Assembly (NCBI GenBank): GCA_029263415.1
Contig: JAJCXN010000003.1
Span: 3,514-67,513, forward strand
Length of the DNA: 64,000 nt
Direction: 5' to 3'
From: Acidobacteriota bacterium
GTDB lineage: Bacteria > Acidobacteriota > Thermoanaerobaculia > Multivoradales > Multivoraceae
The notes under the pieces were generated by a model. That model worked only from the letters and a program-made list of their open reading frames with translations. It did no database searches and had not been told where the DNA came from. The translations under genes and the position numbers were made by a program. Below, in pieces: positions 25,801-33,356 of the stretch. Numbering within the stretch: position 1 is the stretch's first letter; every line of letters begins with the position of its first letter.

Positions 25801-28800
25801 GCTCCGAGCCTTTCGAACACGATCAACATCGGTGGGCGATTCACCTCGATCACTCAACTCATCGCCGACCAAGACGGTACGTTCTACGCCATGGACGACC
25901 GGCGCCTGATGCACTTCGACGTCTTCGGACGCTTGTTGGGCTTGATCTTCACGCGGCCCGATGACGACGATGTCAACGGCAACATTGCTCGTCTCGAAAG
26001 TCCGAGCGGCAGCAACTGGGTTGATCTTGCCCGCTTTGGTGACGACTTCTACCTACTCAATCCAGGAGACGAACACAATTCGGACACGATACAGCGTTTC
26101 CGTTTCAACGATGGTTTCGCTGACTTCGACCTAATGGGAAGCGCCGGCCTTTCCTCGGCAGACGGCGGCCAGGCCCTGGCAGCCGAAGACAATGGTCTGC
26201 TGGGTTTGGGAAGCCACGCTCTAAAGTACTACCCGAATGGCGACCTGACCAACCCAGACCTACTTGGCGATTGGGACGATGGCTGCGATGGCGACTTCTG
26301 CAATGTGACCGAATTCGCTCAGATCATCAACGCCAACACCAACGAGCCATTCGTTGATGTTGCAGGTTATGACGGAACCGTCTTACTGAGTGACGGGCAG
26401 CGGGTCCACGCTTTGACCCTTGCGGGCGCTTACCGAGGATGGATCGGCAGTTGTTCTGCTGGCAGCCGCTGCGATGTCGGCACCGGGATGACCACTGAAT
26501 TTTGCACCGACTGCACTGAGTCTGGCCCGTCAATTGGCGACCAACTAGAGGTCAACCCGAGCAAGGGCTACTTGTATGTAGGCAACGGCAACGACCAGGT
26601 GTTGCTGTTCGCCTTGGATGACAACGGCAGTTTGCGCACCGAGATCTCACCGGACGGAGATCCGAACAACTTGCTCACGTTTCTAGAGGCGGGTGACTTC
26701 ACATCGGTCAATGCTTTTGCTGCTCTTGGTGACCACCTTTACGTGGCCGAGGGGTCGCCGCTGAAGCGAGTCCACTTCTTCGAGGTCGACGCCTTTGGCA
26801 ATGTGGAGTTGGATCAGGCAACGGTGACTTATACGCCAGATCCGGGGTACCTCGGCTCGGATCAAATTGGGTTCAATGTTGACGACGGCTTGGACCTGGG
26901 CCAACCGGCGGTGGTCAGTCTGGTTGTTGTTGATGACCAGACTGCTCCTGCAATCACGTGCCCTGCTGACATCACTGTTGAACTCACTCAAGCTGGCGGC
27001 GCGAAACCGCTCAATACCGAGACTGGGGACTTCGGTAGCAGGCAGTTGGCCGACTTCATCGAAGCTGGTATTGCTTCTGACAACGTCACTCTGCCGGCAG
27101 TAACGTTGACCGTTGATGTTGCTGGCTCCGCACTTCCGGCTGTCTTTCCTCTTGGCACTACGACCGTCCGATTTACTGCCACTGATGCTACTGGTTTGGA
27201 CACGCGTTGTACGGCGGATGTCAGTGTCGTCGACACAGTGCCGCCCCAGTTGATCCTCGACTCGCAGCTGAGGGTGGTTGAAGCCACGGGTCCGCTGACT
27301 TCGGTTGACTTGGTTGCTCCGGCCGTGATCGAAGTCGGTGGCGGCGTCGTAATCAGCAATGACGCTCCGGCTTCTTTCCCACTAGGTGACACCGTGGTGC
27401 GTTGGCAAGCGATTGATCTGAGTGGCAATGTCGGCTTCGCGGACCTCTTGGTGCAGATCGTAGATACCACGCCACCAGACATCGATCCTCTGCCAGCGAC
27501 GGTGATAGCCGCGGTCAATGGACACTCGAACACTCTGCAGTACTCCCAACCGACGGCCCATGATTTGGTTTCCGGCTCTGTAGAAGTTGCTTGCTCTCCT
27601 GGGGATGAAACGATCGAGCAGCCAGCTTTGCCGTACAGCGTCTATTGCCGTGCGTTCGATGCGAGCGAGAACGAGAGCAGCAGTGTTGTGCAAGTGGAGA
27701 TTAGGCAACTCGATGGCGACGATGATGGCATCGCCGACGTGATCGACAGTGTGCCAGCCGGGGCGGCTCGGCTCGGCCAACCGATGTTTAGCGACGTCGG
27801 CCTGGGCGGAGTGACGCATGGTGACCTAGCCGGCGACACAACGGGGTTGGCAATGTTGGACGCGCTGCAGGAGTCTTGGGGCGTCCGTGCCTCCGTTGCG
27901 CTGGCATCCACTGGGGAGGTGGCGGCCTGCGCCAATGAACTCAACATCAGTGAGCTAACTCCAACGATTGAAGATGGCGAGACGGTGCCCGGTGTTGTTG
28001 ACTTCTCCTGCTCTCCGGCGGCGCTACGTTTGATCAACGGCTCAGCAGCCGCGCGCTTCATCTTGCCCAACACGCTTTTTGTCGACTCTCAAGTCGAGAC
28101 TGGGCACGAGTTGAGTTTGCAGGGCTTTGTGGCCACGGCGTCCGCAGAGAACCCTGCCCCTCTCAGCCTAGTAGTTGAGAACTACCCAGATCCGGTCTTA
28201 CTCCAACCTGGGCAGTCAATCGACCTGTCGAGTGTTGCGATTCCGCTGTCTAGCCTCGCCATCACCAACACAGATGACTTGGCGGTCGCGGTACCGGGCC
28301 TTGGCCTCACATATACGATCAACGTCTCGAATGCTGGCCCCAATCCGGATTTTGCGGTCTCCGTCGCCGACTCATTTCCAACCGCGCTGGCCTGCAGCTG
28401 GACGAGCGTTGCCGACGGTGGTGCGACCGGCAACAGCAACAGTTCGGGCCTGCTGAACGATTCATTGAACATGCCAGTAGGAAGTTCGGTCGTTTATACA
28501 GCGGTCTGCGCCATCGACTCCTCAGCCACCGGGACGCTAACCAATACTGCTCAAGTGACGCCGTCAGGAAACGATCCTTCACTGGCAGACAATGTTGCGA
28601 TAGATGACAACACTGAGCTGACCCCGCAGGCAGACGCCGCAGTTAGCGTTGGTGATGGAACGACGATGGCCACCCCTGGAGAGACCACCCTTGGCTACAC
28701 AATCATCGCCACGAACCTCGGGCCTAGCGCCGACCCCAACCTGCATCTAACCGACGTCTTTCCCAATTCGCTCGATTGCGCCTGGACCAGTTTGGCCATC

Positions 28801-30351
28801 GGCGGAGCGACTGGTAATGGCAATGGAGTGGGCGATATTGATCAACTACTCAACCTGCCAGTGAACAGTTCGGTCACCTACAACGCACTGTGCGATATCG
28901 ACCCATCGGCTTTGGGTACGCTCACCAATACTGCGGTGGTGACGTCATCAGTGGCTGACCTGGTTGGCCTCAACGATGTTGCGACCGACGGCGACACCGA
29001 GCTCACTCCACGAGGCAATCTGTCAGTGATGCTCGCAGATTCGGCCGATCCGATCGCAGCAGGGCTGTCGTTCTCCTACTACGTGACGGTAAGCAACAAA
29101 GGACCGTCCACTGCGCGTGGCGTCATGGCTACCCTTGACCTCGCTGATGCGTTGACTGTGACTGCTACCACTGGTTGCGTCAACGACCCGCTCGGATCAC
29201 CGGCTTGCGAATTGAGTGAGCTGCTGCCGAGCGAATCAGTGGAGGTGGTGGTCGAGGTTGCGGTTGAGCCGGGGACTGAAGGCCCGATGACGAGCACCGC
29301 TAGTGTGACTACCAGCACAAACGAAACAGACCTCAGCAACAACTCATCGAGCGAAGACACCCTCGCCGACGCCACCGCTCCAGCGGTGACTCTGGTGGCT
29401 CACGTCAATGATTTGGGCAGCGTCGAAATCAGCGAGTGTTTGTTTACTAGCCAGTCCGTGTATGAGCTAGAGGTCACATTCAGTGAAGAGATGTGGGATC
29501 CCGATTCGAACGTGGAGCCGGGTGACGTCACCAATCCACTCAACTACCGACTGGTGGCGAGCGGCCCTGATGGCGACTTCTCAAGCGCAACGTGTGATGG
29601 GCCACTTGACGACGATGTCTTGCTCGCGATCGAGAGTGTGAACTACGACAGCGCGAACTCCACTGCTACGATCCATCTCGATCCACCAATTGCGCTCGGC
29701 GACTCGCTGTATCGCCTAAAGGTCTGCAGTACTCATCGAGACCTCGGCGGCAATCCGCTCGAAACGGACTCGGATAGCGCATTCCAGCGTCTCTTTCGAG
29801 TTGAGCGCACGACGATGCTTCGGAACGGTTCATTCGATTGTACGCTTGACGAGTGGGAAGCCACCAGCCTGCTGCCGGAGGAGATCGTGCACAGTTCAGA
29901 AGACGTCGACGGGTCAACAGTTTCTGGGTCGGCTCGCGTGGTGAATCTGTCTGGCAATGCCGACTTTGCGCTAGCGCAGTGTGTCGACACGATCGGCAAC
30001 ATCGAACAGACGATTCGGCAACAGACACGTGTCTCGTTGCCGTCGCCGTCGGTCTTGACATTGAGTAGATCGTGCGAGTTCTTCTCCGAAACTGCTTGTA
30101 CGGGCATCAGCCTAGTCAGCGATTTCTCGTTGACGTTCTTGGAAGATACCGCGGGGCTGTGGGAACCCATGCAAGGGATTCTGGCGGCCCCGGCAGAGGC
30201 TGACTCCTTGCGGTGCACGTACGACATTCGATCTCCAAGTGGAGCACCCTTCGAGGTGTTCATTGACAGTTCCAATCTGACGACGACCCCGCTCTTTGCC
30301 GATGGGTTTGAGTCCGGGAATACCGCGGCTTGGTCAGGGGGTGTGTTGTGA
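22855..30351 (+). CDS. Giant (2498 aa) secreted surface/adhesin-like protein with HYR (hyalin-repeat) domains, DUF11 'conserved repeat' domains and Ig/cadherin-like modules. Carries the C-terminal F.DGFE.G.T..W tag.
   Basis: Signal peptide MATATSFYTKVQGTLALLLVTCQVASAQ. HYR signatures (TDNCDQAP...AAEDASGN, DQTAPAITCPADITV...TATDATG). DUF11 blocks (LTYTINVSNAGPNPDFAVSVADSFP...TLTNTAQV). D-rich calcium-binding-like DGDDDGIAD. Ends ...LFADGFESGNTAAWSGGVL. Confidence 0.85.
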   Translation: MATATSFYTKVQGTLALLLVTCQVASAQLSASTPVALGSNSSTKESERSRANEVALANYNGFERDQLEGMARELLSEQDLAQIATLSDDLTQDLLNRGLTTNEAVGACALTGNIIFTWGASNLTSFGAIGIVKAFFSGGLLTNKLASIHKYLIAVVAGSTIMTACPPFLVPGDFSTYSRQEKLDWALSRGFAATKADDLLLSVDEPTNPGSCQRTVQMDLLVDPEYSGEVNRFEVTDPGTLPPLPGIALIEPFGTFPSPAGDLNSGFLQPGLFSAISFGLRLFASSTPPPQVIDTSDSLSLFPGGLTDNLAWAMDIMPDLSPFFEDPDRLSWYTNPFESWQPPVTVLDLPGDAVGMQLEVGSSEIRFQGRGENVTLEDLLGLGGEDAFFETLGDVFGLDGPVDLGFNLNPYTEFFNSLTYEQEVTVTEGFAPEFVVLTTEVVPSISPNPIPIVQSLVYEALFPTGVDRGLIQPYETAGGLTITDNCDQAPRLIDNVPPHVPLGISYHSVAAEDASGNRSSDYWVKIEVIDTIPPDLPPTDAVTVEVPAGSTAPLGPYICTDYLCQINDPVPLFPPPFFDLASLAPQYGCTVSNTIGADVPCEAASVPIGNASTAVPPSVIRWTATDAAGNSSSIDQLVAFREVGSNQRPAATAASYTIAANQPTTIPLAGTDGDLDPLDFLLTMPPVFGDLEISAEPTFQTRFSLNGTLQRLTGVVQYRVSVNAITRYLVADTANRRLIEVDGNGALTNMLFLGQVQPHAIASYRRPSVVEQISNSVFSNQSAIADSLVIADVSTNKLHTLVWDSTLGYVPSTGIPIPSAFGNTDPVMSIGFDIADTPGGSFGDQLLIVRQGDGVASTESFNGNFGDGFALTPDSAWNPSGGSAWTIQAEKYAIGPDCDDTAGGYYQVVHEFAHGSIGAGDRIFRRRNHSPSSLTRIDFPSLSLDAAVTGMFVECTGSNSVNLVLADNEGQRLQRWRQTFNNAPSLSNTINIGGRFTSITQLIADQDGTFYAMDDRRLMHFDVFGRLLGLIFTRPDDDDVNGNIARLESPSGSNWVDLARFGDDFYLLNPGDEHNSDTIQRFRFNDGFADFDLMGSAGLSSADGGQALAAEDNGLLGLGSHALKYYPNGDLTNPDLLGDWDDGCDGDFCNVTEFAQIINANTNEPFVDVAGYDGTVLLSDGQRVHALTLAGAYRGWIGSCSAGSRCDVGTGMTTEFCTDCTESGPSIGDQLEVNPSKGYLYVGNGNDQVLLFALDDNGSLRTEISPDGDPNNLLTFLEAGDFTSVNAFAALGDHLYVAEGSPLKRVHFFEVDAFGNVELDQATVTYTPDPGYLGSDQIGFNVDDGLDLGQPAVVSLVVVDDQTAPAITCPADITVELTQAGGAKPLNTETGDFGSRQLADFIEAGIASDNVTLPAVTLTVDVAGSALPAVFPLGTTTVRFTATDATGLDTRCTADVSVVDTVPPQLILDSQLRVVEATGPLTSVDLVAPAVIEVGGGVVISNDAPASFPLGDTVVRWQAIDLSGNVGFADLLVQIVDTTPPDIDPLPATVIAAVNGHSNTLQYSQPTAHDLVSGSVEVACSPGDETIEQPALPYSVYCRAFDASENESSSVVQVEIRQLDGDDDGIADVIDSVPAGAARLGQPMFSDVGLGGVTHGDLAGDTTGLAMLDALQESWGVRASVALASTGEVAACANELNISELTPTIEDGETVPGVVDFSCSPAALRLINGSAAARFILPNTLFVDSQVETGHELSLQGFVATASAENPAPLSLVVENYPDPVLLQPGQSIDLSSVAIPLSSLAITNTDDLAVAVPGLGLTYTINVSNAGPNPDFAVSVADSFPTALACSWTSVADGGATGNSNSSGLLNDSLNMPVGSSVVYTAVCAIDSSATGTLTNTAQVTPSGNDPSLADNVAIDDNTELTPQADAAVSVGDGTTMATPGETTLGYTIIATNLGPSADPNLHLTDVFPNSLDCAWTSLAIGGATGNGNGVGDIDQLLNLPVNSSVTYNALCDIDPSALGTLTNTAVVTSSVADLVGLNDVATDGDTELTPRGNLSVMLADSADPIAAGLSFSYYVTVSNKGPSTARGVMATLDLADALTVTATTGCVNDPLGSPACELSELLPSESVEVVVEVAVEPGTEGPMTSTASVTTSTNETDLSNNSSSEDTLADATAPAVTLVAHVNDLGSVEISECLFTSQSVYELEVTFSEEMWDPDSNVEPGDVTNPLNYRLVASGPDGDFSSATCDGPLDDDVLLAIESVNYDSANSTATIHLDPPIALGDSLYRLKVCSTHRDLGGNPLETDSDSAFQRLFRVERTTMLRNGSFDCTLDEWEATSLLPEEIVHSSEDVDGSTVSGSARVVNLSGNADFALAQCVDTIGNIEQTIRQQTRVSLPSPSVLTLSRSCEFFSETACTGISLVSDFSLTFLEDTAGLWEPMQGILAAPAEADSLRCTYDIRSPSGAPFEVFIDSSNLTTTPLFADGFESGNTAAWSGGVL

Positions 30352-31256
30352 AGAGTCAACCGCGTTTCCGTTGCGCTGTCACGCGGTACGCCGGGGGCGA
30401 AGATCCTGCTGCCCAGGATCTTGCTCCGCTAGAAGCTGAATCGCCGGAGACTGGTCTCCGAGAGAGTGGTGCGCGTTGTCTTGGCCCGTTGCTTCTATGG
30501 ATTTTGGCCCTCCTCGGCACCTCAAGTCTCCTCGGAGCAACCGAGCCCTTCGATTGGTCTGTGAGTGATCGTGCGGGTTCGGGAGACGGACTTGTTGACC
30601 TGAACTTGGAACCTCCCATTCAGTTTGTTTTGGATGACGGCGTGCCGGAGGCGGACTTCGGCGTTGGCGGCACTACGGCTCGTCAGTTTCTCTGGTTGAA
30701 CCAGTTCGAAAGTCCGGGCGGTCTCTTTCAGTTGGAGTCAGTTTGCGTAGCGTTTCCGATCAACTCGAACCTGCCGGCGGGCAGTCCGATTGAACTTGTT
30801 GTGTACTTCGACACGGACGACGATCCAACGAACGGCGCCACGTTGCTTGGGACCTATCCGCGTGAGATTGGCGTTTTGGCTCCTGAAACGTGCGCCATGT
30901 TCGAGTTGGATCGCCCCTTGCTGATGCACGACGGCACAGCAATCCTGATCGGCGTGATCAATCGATTTGTCACCTCTGGAGTCAGCAGCCCGATTGCAGT
31001 CGCAGTGTTAGATACCACGCTCAGCCAGGGTAGGAGTTGGATCGCCATTTGGCAAGACGATCCGCCACCAGAGCCTGACCTGCAACCCGACTTGTATTTT
31101 GATCGGATCGACACCTTGATCCCAGGCAACTGGGTGATCCGGGGTTTCGGTCGGCGGCCAATCACCGTGATTCCGACGCTCGGGATGAAGTTTCTGATCG
31201 GGTTCGGGGCCCTTCTCAGCTTTGCCGCGATAGGTCAGATGAGGCGCCTCGGCTAG
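30348..31256 (+). CDS. Secreted protein with IPTL-CTERM sorting signal. Probable GTG start overlaps the stop of the giant gene (GTGA).
   Basis: C-terminus ...ITVIPTLGMKFLIGFGALLSFAAIGQMRRLG has an IPTL motif plus a hydrophobic helix plus a basic tail. Internal signal-like segment LGPLLLWILALLGTSSLLGA. Start uncertain (TTG 30330 or GTG 30348). Confidence 0.6.
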   Translation: MKSQPRFRCAVTRYAGGEDPAAQDLAPLEAESPETGLRESGARCLGPLLLWILALLGTSSLLGATEPFDWSVSDRAGSGDGLVDLNLEPPIQFVLDDGVPEADFGVGGTTARQFLWLNQFESPGGLFQLESVCVAFPINSNLPAGSPIELVVYFDTDDDPTNGATLLGTYPREIGVLAPETCAMFELDRPLLMHDGTAILIGVINRFVTSGVSSPIAVAVLDTTLSQGRSWIAIWQDDPPPEPDLQPDLYFDRIDTLIPGNWVIRGFGRRPITVIPTLGMKFLIGFGALLSFAAIGQMRRLG

Positions 31257-31435
31257 GCTCTCGGTCCGCTAGCGGAGCGCTTTCAACGCAGGGCACAGCG
31301 CCGGTCGCAGGTGGTTCGAGTACAGTTTGAGTCGCAGCCGGCTGGCGTCCCTGGGGCGTTGTCGATAGCCTGGCGGCCAGATTCGCTGATCGCGCCAAGC
31401 TTTTGGATTCGAGTACGACTCGGAGGAGAGCGAGA

Positions 31436-32041
31436 TTGCTCACGGGCAAAGTACTCATTGCTGAAGATCATCCCATGTTTCGAGATGGCCTTGAGATGAT
31501 TGTGCAAGAGCTAGCGACCGAGTGCCAGGTGCTTTGTGCCGGTGACTTTCAGACCGCCTGGAAGCTGGGGCAGCAACACCCTGATCTAGATCTTTTGTTG
31601 CTAGATCTGAAGCTCCCTGGCACCCAAGGCCTAGATGGTCTGACCCGGTTTCGCGAGGCTTTTCAACTTTGCCCGATTGTTGTGATCTCGATGCTGGAAA
31701 TGGCTGGCAACGTGCGCAACGTGATGGATCTTGGAGCCAACGGGTTCATTGCGAAATCCACACCCCGCGATGGGCTCATGGCGGGGCTTCGCCAAGTGCT
31801 TGAGGGTCACATCGTGACCATCACCGACGACCCCACGCCGGTCGTTAAACTGACGCCACGTCAGGTGGAAGTGCTCGGGCTGGTCAAGGTGGGCAAGTCG
31901 AACAAGGAGATTGCCAAGATTCTGTTGATCGCGGACTCCACCGTGCGGGAACATCTGTCCGAAGCGATGTCGCTGCTCAGGGTGAGTAACCGAACCCAAG
32001 TGGTTCTGGAGGCACAACGCCTGGGATTGATTCTCGAATAG
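31436..32041 (+). CDS. LuxR/NarL/FixJ-family response regulator (REC + LuxR HTH). TTG start at 31436 after GGAGGAG (the ORF track begins at TTG 31403).
   Basis: KVLIAEDHPMFRDGL...LLLLDLKLPGTQGL...GANGFIAKS is a REC domain. ...LTPRQVEVLGLVKVGKSNKEIAKILLIADSTVREHLSEAMSLLRVSNRTQ is a LuxR-type HTH. Confidence 0.8.
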   Translation: MLTGKVLIAEDHPMFRDGLEMIVQELATECQVLCAGDFQTAWKLGQQHPDLDLLLLDLKLPGTQGLDGLTRFREAFQLCPIVVISMLEMAGNVRNVMDLGANGFIAKSTPRDGLMAGLRQVLEGHIVTITDDPTPVVKLTPRQVEVLGLVKVGKSNKEIAKILLIADSTVREHLSEAMSLLRVSNRTQVVLEAQRLGLILE

Positions 32042-32107
32042 TGCTTTGAGTTCGTCGCTTGGAAGACCGAGAGCTTGTTGCCCGTGACTTCAGATGCGGT
32101 GGCGTCT

Positions 32108-32335
32108 TTAGATCAGACTTGTAGAGGAACAGGTGGAATCGGTGACAGCAGATCGCTGCGAACAGAGGAACAAGGCGGTCGCCCGTTCTGCAAGCACCAG
32201 CAGTTTGGCCACTGCGGCCTGCAAGTGCGGAGAATCACCACACAGTTCTTCGAGACGCGCCGTGCGTTGGTCCTGGTCGAGACTGACCATTTCAGCAACG
32301 ATTGAATAGACCCGTCCCAAGGGCTCCTTCACCAC
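32108..32335 (-). pseudogene. Duplicated 5' fragment (promoter region + first ~36 codons) of the Ser/Thr kinase gene.
   Basis: MVKEPLGRVYSIVAEMVSLDQDQRTARLEELCGDSP matches the STK N-terminus MVKETWERVRSIVAEVVSLDQDQRAARLEELCGDSP. DNA 32218-32445 aligns with 18860-19090. Confidence 0.6.
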
Positions 32336-32489
32336 CGACCGGCTGCTTCATCCTGACTACCGTGTTCGAGTGGATCGACAGTCTGGGACGGACTCGGCGA
32401 AAGATCGATGCCTTGAGGGCGAGCGCCGGACCAAGTGCGGATCTCTACTCCCCTGCTCCCCTGCTCCCCACTCCTGTTCCCTCCGGCTC

Positions 32490-32861
32490 CTAAATCAGCT
32501 CAAGATCTGGAACATCTTCGAAATCCCGGCGGTTCAGCGTCCACAGTGCCGCGTTGGCCGAGATCGCTGTCGCCGCGATCGCGATGTCAGCCGCTCTCCG
32601 CCGCGGCTTGCCCAAGGCGCGAAAGGTGTCAGCAGCCAGCAACGCAGCGCGTGCGTCGAAGACCAAAGCACCTTCACTCGGGAACAGCAATTCTTGCAGC
32701 TCTAACTCCCGTGGACTCCTCGGTCCTCGTCTCCATTCGTACAAGACCAGAGAAGGAAGCTGAAGCCGCTCTCCATCTCGAACGAGCTTCTCCAACTGCT
32801 CTAACTCGGAGCGATCGCCGCACAGCGCCCGAACGAGTGCACAGGTGTCGAGCGCGATCAA
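32490..32861 (-). CDS. vapC: VapC PIN-domain toxin (intact copy).
   Basis: MIALDTCALVRAL...ADIAIAATAISANAALWTLNRRDFE. ATGA overlap with the upstream antitoxin stop. Confidence 0.75.
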   Translation of the reverse strand: MIALDTCALVRALCGDRSELEQLEKLVRDGERLQLPSLVLYEWRRGPRSPRELELQELLFPSEGALVFDARAALLAADTFRALGKPRRRAADIAIAATAISANAALWTLNRRDFEDVPDLELI

Positions 32862-33127
32862 CGAACCGAGAATCCTTGCCGTCGTTCGGACTGGAGCTCT
32901 TCCAGTTCGTGATCTACATCCGCTTGGTTCGAAACGCTCGAGAGCTTCTTGAACCTCGCAAGCGCCGCCAGCTGCTCCTGCCGTTCGGCCTCGGTGAGCC
33001 GGTCACAACGCGCTTCGAACTCTAGAACTGCCCGTCGCACAACAGCACTCTTGGATTCACCCAGCCTCTCAGCGGTCCGGCGAAGTGCTGCGTCTGTCGA
33101 TTGGTCGATGGAAAAGGTGGCACGCAT
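32858..33127 (-). CDS. vapB: Ribbon-helix-helix VapB-type antitoxin (intact locus copy).
   Basis: ATG at 33127 (MRATFSIDQSTDAALRRTAERLGESKSAVVRRAVLE...). Near-identical to 11732-11974 with a 9-aa longer C-terminus. Confidence 0.7.
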   Translation of the reverse strand: MRATFSIDQSTDAALRRTAERLGESKSAVVRRAVLEFEARCDRLTEAERQEQLAALARFKKLSSVSNQADVDHELEELQSERRQGFSVR

Positions 33128-33199
33128 AACGGTTGCATAATAGCATAACGAGATAGAATTCGGCACCAGAACACTCCGCCCCATCAACACAGCACAGCA

Positions 33200-33330
33200 A
33201 TGCAGTTGCTGCAAGCCGGGCGTCAATATCATCTCCATCGCCACGTTGTTGGTGCCAGCAAAGGCTTACCAGCAGAGGAGTCGGACGCCTTTACAACACT
33301 AACCGCTGACAACCCAGGCCCACCATGAAG
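33200..33330 (+). pseudogene. Tyrosine-recombinase C-terminal fragment (second copy), at the end of the duplicated vapBC segment.
   Basis: MQLLQAGRQYHLH... aligns at DNA level with 12050-12100 (MHLLQAGVDITTIA). No upstream integrase body. Confidence 0.35.
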
Positions 33331-33356
33331 GCGCCGAGAACGAAAGCGTCGTAGCC

